Positions 12,847-24,955 of a stretch of DNA of 64,000 nt are shown piece by piece. Position 1 is the first letter of the stretch. Every line of letters begins with the position of its first letter. The notes under the pieces were generated by a model. It did no database searches and had not been told where the DNA came from. It saw nothing but the letters and a program-made list of their open reading frames with translations. The stretch comes from Klebsormidium nitens (Eukaryota > Plantae > Klebsormidiophyceae), in the NCBI GenBank assembly GCA_000708835.1, contig DF237167.1, forward strand, positions 73,274 to 137,273. Reading direction: 5' to 3'. Both the position numbers and the translations under genes were made by a program.

Positions 12847-15800
12847 ATGGCCAAGGAGACCTTCCTCTTCACATCTGAGTCGGTTAACGAAGGCCATCCA
12901 GACAAGCTGTGTGATCAAGTGTCCGATGCAGTGCTGGATGCATGCCTGGCACAGGTAACCTTTTATGCTCTAAAGTATGGACCCAAGCACCCCTACCATA
13001 AAAGTAAAGTCATGCAAATACTGAATCGTAAGACAACGCTGCTGGCTTGCTCGTTGATGATCGTGAGCATGAATGATGAGTCGTGTTTAGATTCTGGTAG
13101 CTCCGCATGGTGTTTGGTTTAGGCAGATAGTGAGACTCTTGGGTATGACGAAGCTGCTGTTTAGCTGTGGTTCCACGACCCAACCTGATTCAGGCCGTGC
13201 CGGGTCATCTGGATTCCCAAGGCTCCCTTCAATGACTACATCCTTGTCTCTATACAGGACCCGGACAGCAGGGTGGCCTGTGAAACCTGCACCAAGACTG
13301 ACATGGTTATGGTCTTTGGTGAGATAACTACCAAGGCCAAGGTCGACTATGAGAAGATTGTTCGAGATACAGTGCAGGAGATCGGCTTTACTTCCTCTGA
13401 AGTTGGGCTTGATGGTGCTCATTGTAAGGTCAGGCTTTTATCCACCTTCCTTATCCAGTCTTTTACTTTTCGAGCATGACTTGCATATGGTGCATCAAAG
13501 TGTAATGTTTCTCGTTCGTCGACTCCCAAGCTTTGGTCTCTGAGCTAGTAAGAGTCAGTGCATTCTGGACCACTTCTTTGAGAAGCTACTTCATCAGATT
13601 GGCAGATATTGTTACAATGTCTTACATCGTACAGGGCTCATGCCCCTCGAACCTGTCCAACTAAAATCCCTGGCAGAGTTAACAATATATATTCAAAATC
13701 TCCTATTCACCAGAAAGACACTTGACATGCATGCACCTTTTAGCTACACTCCTCACTACTCCTTTCTGCCTCTCTACTCTTGCTGTGGTCCAAAATATAC
13801 CTTATCGACCGAGTTGCACCTCTGCGAAGTCGTTCTGACACACTTTCCTCTGAGGTCGTGTATGTTCGAAATTGTGTAAGATCGAAGTGAGCCTGTCTAG
13901 AGCAGGCTCGGGTCTTTTGAGCTGCATTGGTCAACAACCATGTTCTTCGCAATCGGTTTAGCATACAGGAAGAAATAGTCATAGACTGTGACTCTCTTTG
14001 ATCCTTGCCGAATCTGGGTACACAGAAGTACCTAGGTTGAAGCACACTCCAGACATCACGCGAACGGCAGAAGCAAACTTCGCCCCTCTTTTCGCAGGTC
14101 CTTATGAACATAGAAGAGCAGAGCCCTGACATTGCGCAAGGTGTGAATGCGAAGAGACCAGAAGACATCGGGGCCGGAGACCAGGGCCACATGTTCGGTT
14201 ATGCCACAGACGAGACTCAAGAGCTGATGCCACTCACGCACGTGCTTGCCACCAAGCTGGGAGCCAAGTTGACGGAGGTAAGGCAGGATTGGGGCTGTAT
14301 TCAGGTGCTTTTCTTCTGATAGAGCCGTTGTAAACTTTGTGCCTCGGAACAGATACTTAGCTGCAACAACGACTTGGTTTCCCGACTCAAACAATCAAGG
14401 CTGACCGCTCCTCAGGGACCGCTCTTTGAGGCATGACACTACGCCGTTTTCGATCAGATTCCGGCCGGCTGCTTGTTGGCTCCGGATAAGTAGACGCAGA
14501 GCGATCATAGCTTTCTCCTTCATTGTCTTTAGCATTTTGTGTATCCTGCACAACAACCGATCACCTTTCCGATTCCGTATCTTGGAACGTACCCAATCTT
14601 TTGTTCGGATTACGACGGCGAGCTATCTCGCTGCCCTTGAAGCAGCAAGCAGATCCGGCGTTTCTGCGTCGTTCCCTTGGTGAGAGCGGCCTAGCTCGGA
14701 ATCAACTGAGTGTTCAGTAATGATTTAATGATACCCTCGACTCTGCAGGTTAGAAAGAACGGCGTCTGTAAATGGTTAAGACCGGACGGGAAAACGCAGG
14801 TCACGGTTGAGTACAAGATTGAAAACGGGGCGACTGTTCCTCTGCGTGTTCACACCGTTCTCATCTCCACTCAGCACGATGAGACAGTCACCAACGACCA
14901 GATCGCGGCTGAACTTCAAGAGTGAGCCTTTGCTGAAAACCTCGATTTGGCTTTCCTCTTGGAACCAGATATGTAGTGATTCAAGCTGACAGCCTGACGC
15001 TGGAGGTAGCAGCAACGTAGGGGGTTGGTCCGCTTGTGCTGTCAGCGGGTTTTTTGTATGTTCGGTTGAAGAACATTTGCGAAGGGTTTAGAGGTGCTAG
15101 GGACAGGAATTTTCTCAGATCCTTTGCTTCGTACTAGATCAACATTTATCCGTGTGCGGACAGACATGGGACCAAAAATTCCATACAACGAATCGAGTAG
15201 GCGAGGAGCTGTCCTTTTCTTGTCGTCACGGTCTTTTTAGCTATGTCAAATATAATAGGCGAGGAGCTGTCCTTTTCTTGTCGTCACGGTCTTTTTAAGC
15301 TATGTCAAATATAACAGGCATTAGAGCGCCTTTCCGGACTGGAACATCCCTTCCCTCGTATCAAATTGGCTCGGCGTAACTTGCACAGAAGTTTCTTACA
15401 AACTCTTGTAGGAGCTCAGGCTTCCAGGTCTCTGTTCTCAAAATTGACGGTTGAGAGCCTTATCATTGCAGGGATCTTGCAGACGTCTTCGAGCCAGCGC
15501 CTGCATGAGCTTTCCAAGGAACTCGCAAGCATTGCACATGCCGTCAGATGCCTGGCAGGATTTTAAGCAGTAGGACTCTTGTCTGCGACATAATCAAGTC
15601 CCTTCGATCGGCAAAGCTGGGGGCCTTGTCACAGACAAAGCAGACAACTTCATTCCGCTGTTTGAGACGGAATATCCGGAGTCGATACCGAGTTACGAGA
15701 GACAGCTGAGCGGTATGGTATTTGTCTGTGGTCCTCCTTCAGCGGTGATGTCAAGGCAGGAGCGAAACAGATTACGCGGCCCTGATTTGCACATTTTCTT

Positions 15801-17834
15801 CGCACGTACCGCTCAACAACTTACCCCGTCCCATTGATCCAGACCTTATTTCACCGCCAATTCCATTCCTGACTTTTCCACTAACCAGATTGCTGCCAAG
15901 CGCTGACCTCGCTTCTGACCCAGCCGTGCTTCTCGTTGCAGGCACGTAATCAAGCCCGTGATTCCTGCTAAGTACCTGGACGATCGGACTATCTTCCACC
16001 TCAACCCTTCTGGCCGTTTTGTCATTGGAGGGCCCCACGGGGATGCTGGCTTGACCGGCCGGAAGATCATCATCGATACCTACGGAGGCTGGGGGGCGCA
16101 CGGGGGCGGTGCCTTCTCCGGAAAGGATCCCACAAAGGTGCGCTAATGACTGACAGAAAAGCAAATCGAGAAGAGTCTAATGCTGAAGAGCAGCTCTCGA
16201 AGTTCCTCTGTGCACTGAGCTCTGGCCTTGAATGAGCGACTGAATCGAAAAGGGGGCATCAATGGCGTGTAATAAAAACCAAGGGAGTTTGCATGGCCGG
16301 TTTGGACCTTTGAAATCAAGAATACACCCGTCTTCCCATTATGGACCTGCCTGATCGTTGCGTCTCAGCGGTTTGGGACCTGGTCTTACAAACCATGGCA
16401 GGAAAGGTGATTGGCCAGGCGCAATCCCGCAATCAAGCACGGGACTAAGGTTCCTTTTGCAACTTAATCAAGGGAATACTTCGTTTTTCTGTACCTTCGC
16501 CCCTTGCTGATCACCCCTTGATTCAGCTGGGTTTACGTTGTGAATTGGACTTCTTTCCAACGTTGCAGGTTGATAGGTCCGGTGCATATATCGTCCGACA
16601 GGCGGCCAAGAGCATCGTTGCTTCCGGTCTGGCTCGAAGGGCTCTCGTTCAGGTAAGCTTCTGCAGCGATCACAGGAACAGATGCGTTATCCGTTTCTCT
16701 CTACTTTGCGAGGCCCAGGGTTGTAGCTTCAAATTCATTCTCCCAAATTTATTGTGTGGAGGAGAGCCGTAGGCGCGGAGCATGGACTGCGCTCTTCTCC
16801 GAGTGCGCTGGGCTAGCTTGCCTTGCCAGTACTTCAGACAGAAACAAGTACTCGAAGCGCATGCTGGCAAGAAAACGTTGCTCAGCGATCAGGTTTAACT
16901 CAGCGCGATTGACTATGAAAAGCAAACGATACCCTCAGTTTGCGCGCATAAGCAGCTTCCATGCACAGAGCGTGCGAAGGCGCGCAGCTCTACTTGAGCA
17001 TGGCTTTCCCACACATTTGACTGCACTCGCTAGCTGTATCTGGAGTTCGATCTAGCTCGACTTGCCAAAGGACTGGTGTTAACATTGTTCCGCAACCACT
17101 GTAGCATTGGTCTGGCCATACCGTCTAAAAGCCTTGCGTAATGGCTTTTCCCAGGTCGATCTTTCGAGTGCTCCTTTTGGTCCGGCCAAAAGCAGCGGCC
17201 ATGCAAAAGACACATCTAGCTTGCTCACCTTGCACACCGTCTTTTGAAAATTCCATGAACGGAAGTACCTGATTCAATCACTTTCCCTTTTGATTGTACT
17301 TTTTCTCATTGAGAGCCGAACGACCGTATCAGCTGTAGCAAGAAACACGCCTTTAATGAAAATATTTGCAACTCTCGAAACGGTCCTTCTCGCCAGTCGA
17401 AGCCGTTTGCATAAGGCGTGCGCCAAGCAGGATTGAGCGGCTTGAATATGTCTGCTGTCACGTGCCAAGTCTCATTTACTTTATGAAGGCCCTAGACCTC
17501 CATTTTTCAGCGTTTGATGTGCCCATCTGGGCTTTGCGAACTGCAGAGCTTCATCCGTCACCCTGTTCTTCTCTTCCAGGTTTCGTATGCCATCGGCGTT
17601 CCCGAGCCTCTGTCGGTCTTCGTCGACACATACGGCACTGGAAATTACCCCGACTCCAAAATCCTTGAAGCAGTCAAGCAAAGCTTTGACTTTAGGCCTG
17701 GCATGATTGCCATCAATCTCGACCTGAAGCGGGGTGGCAACAGGCGTTATCAAAAGACCGCAGCGTACGGGCACTTTGGGCGCGAGGACCCGGACTTTAC
17801 TTGGGAGATTGTGAAGGCTCTGAAAGTACAGTAA
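12847..17834 (+). CDS. MAT: S-adenosylmethionine synthetase (methionine adenosyltransferase); 7 coding exons, about 388 aa
   Basis: Exons 12847-12954, 13258-13428, 14098-14277, 14749-14921, 15942-16137, 16569-16652 and 17580-17834 join in phase. Signatures [50 protein letters not shown] and [12 protein letters not shown]. Confidence 0.97.
15198..15314. repeat. Near-perfect 58-bp tandem duplication in MAT intron 4
   Basis: taggcgaggagctgtccttttcttgtcgtcacggtctttttagctatgtcaaatataa starts at 15198 and again at 15256 (the second copy has one extra A). Confidence 0.9.
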
Positions 17835-18093
17835 AATTTCCAGCGTTGCTATGCACCTTGGTCGCGCCAGAGTGTTTTGAGCTTTAAATTCTCTGGATTC
17901 ACCAATTAATAGGTCTATGCTTAGCTTACAGCTTGCAGGGACTTGACTCACGTACTAGCAATCATCCATTTGTTTCTGATCTAAGCGTGGACTCAAATAC
18001 CGTTCGTACCGTGTTCACCGGGAGATGAAGCATACACACATACATACATACTTCTTTTATAAGGCCGTAGCGGTTAAGCCATGGACCTGGAAC

Positions 18094-18439
18094 GCTGAAC
18101 AATTTGTTCGATGAGTTCGGGCGTTTATTTCGACGAGCTAGCTACCTACTCCATATCATCTCCTACTGCTGCACGCGGCTACACTGATAGACTGCTCTTC
18201 TAGTCGATCATGCAACCGTTATGAGTTATCGTTCAATCGAACCGTTGTTCACTAACCACCTTTCTAAAGTGACTGAGGTCGGAAGGTCTTCGGTCTTCAG
18301 CTTGACGGTCGGGTGTCGACATGCAGTGCATAGCAGCGGCCCCTGTTCTAGTAGGGTTGTCGTAGCAGTGGAGATGGACTAGGTGGTCGGAGCTCGCCTG
18401 CGGCCTGGATTTGAACACTCATCGAACCGATTGTTCAGC
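18094..18439. repeat. Imperfect inverted repeat (MITE/foldback-like)
   Basis: 18094-18115 matches the reverse complement of 18418-18439 at 20/22 positions. Weaker complementarity continues inward (about 18133-18172 against 18362-18395). Confidence 0.55.
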
Positions 18440-19288
18440 AAAGCCGGGTTAGCCTAGCACAGTAGCCATGATACGTTCTTCTTTCTGAGGGCCATGGGCC
18501 AACAACTTTCAAGGAAGGCATATTCTAATTCGCGGGCGCCCGGATCCACCTAGTGGGATCTCGTCGGAAGTTGTACCCCGTGTCAGTTGCGGTGAGGGCC
18601 AGTATCATGCGTGACCGGTCAATCATTCGGAATCGTAACAAATGATTGATCCGGCTCCATACACCATGAAACTTGCATCATCTGGCGCCTCAGGCTGGGC
18701 CGGTGGCCGGATCTTATAGCGCGCGCCCCGGGCAGCTCATGACATGAAAACGACCGGCCGTTGCAAAGCGCGCACGTTGGAATCATTGAATGACTGGACA
18801 CATGCATGCACCTGGCCACCGGATCATTCGATCCAAACGTACAAATATGCAGATGCATCACTGGTAACACCAGCTAGCTAGATATAAACGTTGAACAAAT
18901 AATGTATTCGGCAACAAGCATCGATCTGGCAAATTAGGCGCGGCCGCCGGCACTACAGTAATCTCAGGTAGCTGGATTGACGGCGGCTGCTTGCCAATCC
19001 ATGTACTATACGGCCCGGTGTTCGTCCGGTCATGCGTGGGTTCTACGCGTGTGTTTCTCATATAGAGCGACCGTTTGGTTGACGTACTCGATCAAAAGAG
19101 ACGGTACCGTTCGTGGAGTGACATAATAACCGTATTTTGAAGCATGTATACCGGCGACAGTCCTGGCAATCTTTTGTGCATACAGTACTTTATGTAGACA
19201 TGTACGCGTGTAGTCCATGCAGATTCCGTACAATGATTCTACCAAGATTGCAGACAAAGCCTCAGTGGTACTTCAGCTCGGAGCTGAT

Positions 19289-19340
19289 ACTCACAACTCA
19301 CATACTCACACTCACACTCACACACACTCACACTCACACT
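19289..19340. repeat. (ACTCAC)n/CA-rich microsatellite
   Basis: Read directly in the sequence. Confidence 0.85.
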
Positions 19341-22300
19341 GATGGGGCCGGATATTTGGTGAAAACGGTATGCGTGCTTGCCAGAAGCTTTCACAGTAGG
19401 TTCCACAAATCAAGGCTACTTGGGGACTACTATCTTCTCGTTTTGGACCGGACAGCATGCTATCCTGATTCGGAGCGCCTGCTTGGCGACCATGTTGGCG
19501 GCTAGTACGGCCTTGCTTTCCCGAGCGACTTGGGCGCTGACTGGCGAGACTCGGAGTTGGCCTCGGTTGGCACCAAGTTGGCGGGCGTCGGCTGCGGAAG
19601 TGCCAAGAAAAGCGGAATCAGAAGAAGGTCCAAAAGGAAACGGACAAGCGCCGCAAATCCGTCGGCGGTCCAGATGTAAAAGGCTAGGTTGATCAGACGA
19701 AATTCGCTAGGTCGATGAGCTCGATCAGCTCCGATCCTCGAGACAACAAGTAGCGTGGAACCAGAAGAAGAGCATATTTAAACACCTGTCGCGGCCTACA
19801 CACAATGCCTAGTAAAAGCAAGCGCTAAGGATATCAAGCAAAAGACAGGGCACAACCACACCCAACCAAGCCTGGCTAAGTTTGACTTAGATGCCATTCT
19901 ACCAGACTAGCTGGTTGCGCTGAAACACCACTTAACTTACTCATGCATGTTAGGGGCGAAACCTCTGTGATGCGGAGGATTGAGCTGTCCTGGGGTACAT
20001 CTAAACACAGCCCTAAAGTGAGACCCGAGAATGAAGATTCTAAATTTGAACCCGAGTGTTTTTTGCCAATTCACGGCGGCCACAAGCGATTTGCTCCAAC
20101 CATTGTTAAAGGCGACGCTGGTCTTTCAGAAGTCAATGACGACAGGACAGAATCCGTTTCGCATGCGATTGTCGACGAGCCTGCGCACAAGGAGCGAGCT
20201 GCAAGAGACGCTGCTGAGTCCTGGAATGGGGTTTGTGGGGCGACTGCTTATGTAGACCAATCACAGCTGCCCCCTCTGGCCCCAAGCTAAGATGATGGCT
20301 AAATGAGGGAGCGCTTACGTCAAAGAAGACCTCCTCTTTGATGGTTCAGCGCTTGCTTCTGTTCTTCACGGCTGCTGTCAACGCGCTGCACGATAGGCAC
20401 AAGGGTGACGTGTTGCTGCAATCGCTGGGCTCCAGAAGATAAAGCTGGTCCAACCTGCAAGACGAATCAAACTTCTCAGTCCGGCTCATTGATTGTGGTT
20501 ACCAGGTGTTACATTTGCTATTGGTACAGACAGGAAAAGCAGAGACTCTTTTATTGGACAAAAGTCACTCAAAGTGGGGCAACAATGCCCTCTTTTTCTA
20601 ACAGAAATTAGGGCTGCCAACACCTGCGGTTTCGTTTTGGCAACATGGAAGCTGCACGTGTTGACAGCTCTTAGGCCGGTCCATTCAAAGTTTCCTCACA
20701 AACGTCCCCACAGACGGGGCTTGTATCCGAGTCCTTCAGTGGCTTCGAATCCATGCTGGTCATCGTCCCCCGATTGCCAGTCAGTACGCACGCTCTCAGT
20801 TCCTTGACACTAGGACGTGTTCTCGGGCTGCAACCTTTCAGTGTGTCAAAAGAGATATGGCGCAGGCGGCAACACAAGCTCCTAGGGACGTCGCCCGAAG
20901 ACGATGAGCATTGGCAGAGAGCGATCCATGCGGAACCCATCGCACGGTTCAGAGGGGCGGGTTGGTGGGGCTGACGTTGGCGATTGACGCAGCCAGTTTC
21001 TCGCCGATAACTTTCGTTTGACTTTAAATGCTTGTCACTTAAGATAGGTACCCGGGGAGAGATAAGTTGAGTTAGTTGGATGGTTAGGGTGGGTTCGGGT
21101 GCGGAGCGGATAGATGTTTGGGTTAGGATTTTCGGTCTAAGGGCCCGGGTAGCTCGTAACTTGGGTCACACGCCCGTTAGGTCACATGGAACTTATCGGT
21201 TTAAATATTTCTTGGCTGGGCAGTGAGCGTGCCTAGTGACTGTCGCGAATACTGAGACAGTATGATCAGATATGAAACTGCAAGCATCATAAGCTGGTTT
21301 GTTGGTGCCCAAAATAAAACGGCAAAAACGTGATAGCAGAAGTCAATTCTAATCCCCCCCCCTGATGATGCTGACAAATGCAGCAAGCTTCCCTCGTGCC
21401 CTTTGAGAAGGTCTCGAAAATTCGCTTTCATATCGAGGAACGTGTGCGCCTGACTGCAATTTGAAAGTTGAAAGAAGGACAACCAAGGAAAGACCACGTC
21501 ATTTGCTTACGGCTGTAATCAGCTTGGCGATCGCTCACGTAATGACCGCCGTCATGGGCGCAGGTGTATTGCCAGTCGGGAGTCGGCCCGCTCGCTTTCA
21601 GCAGCGCCTTGTTGTGGGTTAGCAGCACCCGGGTTCGGTTCCAGAACAGGCTGCCGTGAAATTGGTAGAAAGCGCAGTCACGTCCCGCCTGCCTTCCTCA
21701 CCGTTGGCTTCGCTCAATGACGTGGCAGGTTCTGCAAACGCCACATCAACTGTCAGTAATGGCAACTCTTGCGTTGTGCCCCGCACAGGATCTCCCACAG
21801 CTGCTAACGTGGCAGCGGATCGATTCAGAGGCAATGAACATGAATCGTATGAGCTGCTTATGGGCTGGTTAGGAAGTAGTTATGTGACCAGACTTGGGAA
21901 ATAACCAGCTTCGAAACAAGGGTAAGCCCGGTTGTCTGTCCAATAATCCAAGTTTTTGCTCTGGTAATCAGCCTAGTTAGCAGCCAAAACTTCTTAAGTC
22001 GAACCAAGAGCCGGCATCACCAATCCGTGCGCCCGCGGACTGTTCCCGACCACTAGTTTGCTTCTCCTGTTCCGCACAATTGAGGCCAGAGGCGCTTCAA
22101 CAAACTTACTCAAACTCCTCAGACCAGGGGCGAGCGAGGCTTTCAGCTAGTGAGTTTGCGTGCTTTGCCATTTTGTTCTAGCTTAATCCTGGCACGGAGA
22201 CTCTCTGAGTAAGGGCGGTAGAAAGCTTTTGCGAGTCAACCCGCCATCTGTGGACCGCTAGAGTCTGGTCCTCAAACAGGTAACCCTTTTTCGGTTTCAA

Positions 22301-22351
22301 CTGCTTCAAGAATCTTCACTTCTCACAATCTACGCAAGACCTTTCCCTTAC

Positions 22352-24955
22352 AATTTCTTCGAACAACCTTGCACTTGGGACATTCACTTCGCAGGTTCCA
22401 AAGCTGAGCTTCAAGTCCGAGAAGCATGACAGCGACTTTGCGACACACCTACGAATCAGCCGGCTGTTTGACATCACCAGCGTGCATCCTCCGTGACATG
22501 TCTCTTCAAACTAGCAAAGTAACCTTTAGCAAAAGTAAGCGCCGACAATAACAGTGAAAGTCTGAATCACAAAATCAGCTGCTTTGCACTCGTACCCACC
22601 CAAAATCCCCAAACTAACCCCACCCGTCCTAGGCCGGTCAGCTTACTTTTGCTAAGGCTTACTTTTGCTGATTGAAGCTCCGTCTCCGTGACCATCTCGC
22701 CGCCCCAGTCGCTGACGGTGACCACGCCGGAGTAGGGCGGCGACCACTCCACCTTCACCAGCACGCGGTGGTCGCCAAAAAAGGAGGTGGACTGCTTCGT
22801 TCCGCTCATGCGATATCTGCAGTACCAAAAAGGGGGAACAGCGAGCTCAGGACGGAACGCGCTGGGACAGCACGGATCAACCAAAAGAGGCTTACACGCT
22901 GCAAACCCGATGTGGAAGGTTTTGTCCAGCTCATGCCGTTCCTGGAGTGGGAAAAGGGTAGAATAAAGTGCTCAGGACAGGATGCACTAGGACGGAACGC
23001 ACCAGGACGGAACGGATGAACAGATTAGAGGCTTACAAGCCGTCGCCGGAAAAGGAGGTTCACGAGATCGTTCCGCTCATGCCATATCTGCAGTACAAAA
23101 ACTGCGGAACAGAGAGGTCAGGACGGAACGCACTGGACCGGAACGGATGAACAGAGACAAGGCTTGCAAGTTGTCACCGAACACTAGGTGTGCACGGGTT
23201 TGCCCAGCTCATGCCGTAAGTAGGACAACGGCACTACCTAGCAGGACGGAAAGGGCTGGGACGATACGCATTCATACTGGAAGACGCTCACATGAAAAGT
23301 GGGGAGATGAGAATCCCATACCGCAAACGAAAATCAGACACGGAGGTGCTGAAGGGAATGGGATTGTCAAAAATCTACTCCGGGGAGGCAGGCGCGAATG
23401 CTACCGGAAGCAGCCACTTGCCAAGTCTAACAGATGATGTAGTAAGGTAGAAGTCCAATCAAAAGTTGGGGTACACAGTTTGAAAGCATTGTTCCGTCAT
23501 GCGGTGTGCCAAATCGCTACAGAGGCAGATGTCAGCCCAATGAGGGTCCTTACAAAAAGGGGTTGTCCCAATAGCAAACCATTTATGCTGATGATACAAA
23601 CAGCGACTGGTGGGGATTCTAGAAGGATGGCTGCTAAGAAACATTGCAGGTCATAGGGAAAGGAGTTGATTCGTTGCCGCCAGGCTACCAGAATCGATCA
23701 TCACACTTCTGGCGGTCCGCTTCATGTGGCGGCAGAGAGCCCGAAGCAGGAGGAAACCGGTGACTCGCAGATCAAGAGCCCAGCAATAACCACCCCGTTA
23801 CAGAAATACTACCCGTGCGATTCCCAAGTGCCGTTGGCGCCATTTCAATTCCCTTACGCGCCTACGGACGAATCTGCGCGCGCACTCACCTGAAGCAGAT
23901 GGTGACGTCACCGGGTGTTCACTTGCGGATCAGCTCCCCGCTCTTGTGCACGTGCGTCATCTTGTCAACTGCTGACCACTGCTTTGGGCGCCGCGGCGCT
24001 GTTCCGTTTCCGCCCATGGAGCGGAATAGCCCCCCCAAGCGGCAATGCTCGTTGAGAGGGGGCACAACGCCCTCCTCATCCGCCCGCCCTCCCGTCTTCT
24101 GGCCGCTAAAGGCGTCAAGAGATTCTGTTTTGGGAGTGGAAACGCCAGGGGTCTTGCGGAAAAAGCCCCTCAAGCCGAAATGCTCGTTTGAGGGGGGTAC
24201 ATCGCCCTGCTCATCCGCGCCCCGCCGCCGCCGTCTCCTGACCGCTACAAGCGTCGAGAAAGTTCTGTTTGGGGGAGGGGAGCGCCGAGGGCTTTGTGCA
24301 AGCGCTGCACGATATGTGCGGGATCAACCTGGCAGACAGAGCGCGGGAGTTTGTCAGTAAGGAAGCATTAGAGCCAAAAAATGTGTGTGGCCAAAGAAAG
24401 TTTCTAATGTAGAAGTTCTCAGGAAAGGGGAGGTCGACCTGGCAGAATGTGTGCAAACTGAGCTGTCTAAAAAGTGCTTGCAACGCTTGGTACCTGGTTC
24501 GCTTCTTCTACTGGTGAGAGTATGTACTTTCTTTGTCCACGTCCTGAGCTCTCTGCGCCAACAAATCAATCACTTACGGCAATCCCACAACAGTTTCTTG
24601 GCCTTAACCATGGTCAACCTTGAGCTCGTTACGGGCTACTTGCAAAGTAGTTACGTGTCCAACAATCAGACTTGGGCGGTATCCAGCCACAAACCAAGCG
24701 TAAGACCGGGTTTCTTGCTAGTTAACCTAAGAATCAGGTCGGATGATCAGCCTGGTTAGCAGCCAACAACTACTCTAAAGGCTGCCGCCTTTTTGTGCCT
24801 CAAACCACGTGGTTAACGGAAACCAAGTGGTTAACCTGGTAAAGGCTTGAGTATCATAATCAGGGGACAGACTGCACCTACCTCGTCAGCTCTGTTCTCG
24901 AGCAAGTCGGTCGAGCGAGGGGGATCCCTTCAATCGTAGAGCTCATTGCCACCAC
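22352..24955 (-). CDS. Hypothetical multi-exon gene, internal exons only; no family recognised
   Basis: Best exon is 22816-22663 (cag|A TAT CGC ... AAA|gtaagc; GC3-rich codons; YRMSGTKQSTSFFGDHRVLVKVEWSPPYSGVVTVSDWGGEMV). It joins in phase to 22510-22352 (FEETCHGG...LFEEI|gtaagg). Phase-compatible upstream candidates are 24955-24882, 24510-24439 and 24264-23923. Gene ends not resolved. Confidence 0.4.
22790..23300 (-). repeat. Degenerate tandem array (about 135-bp period) of acceptor plus exon-start units
   Basis: gctcatgc(c/g) recurs near 22804, 22929, 23076 and 23207, each followed by aggacggaacg-like blocks. Alternate units share cgttccgctcatgc(g/c)atatctgcagtac (22797 and 23069). Confidence 0.8.

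Noticed and set aside
19943-20974. ORFs at 19943-20290 and 20753-20974 as a possible gene or transposon relic
   Set aside because: No recognisable domain and no phase-consistent exon chain.
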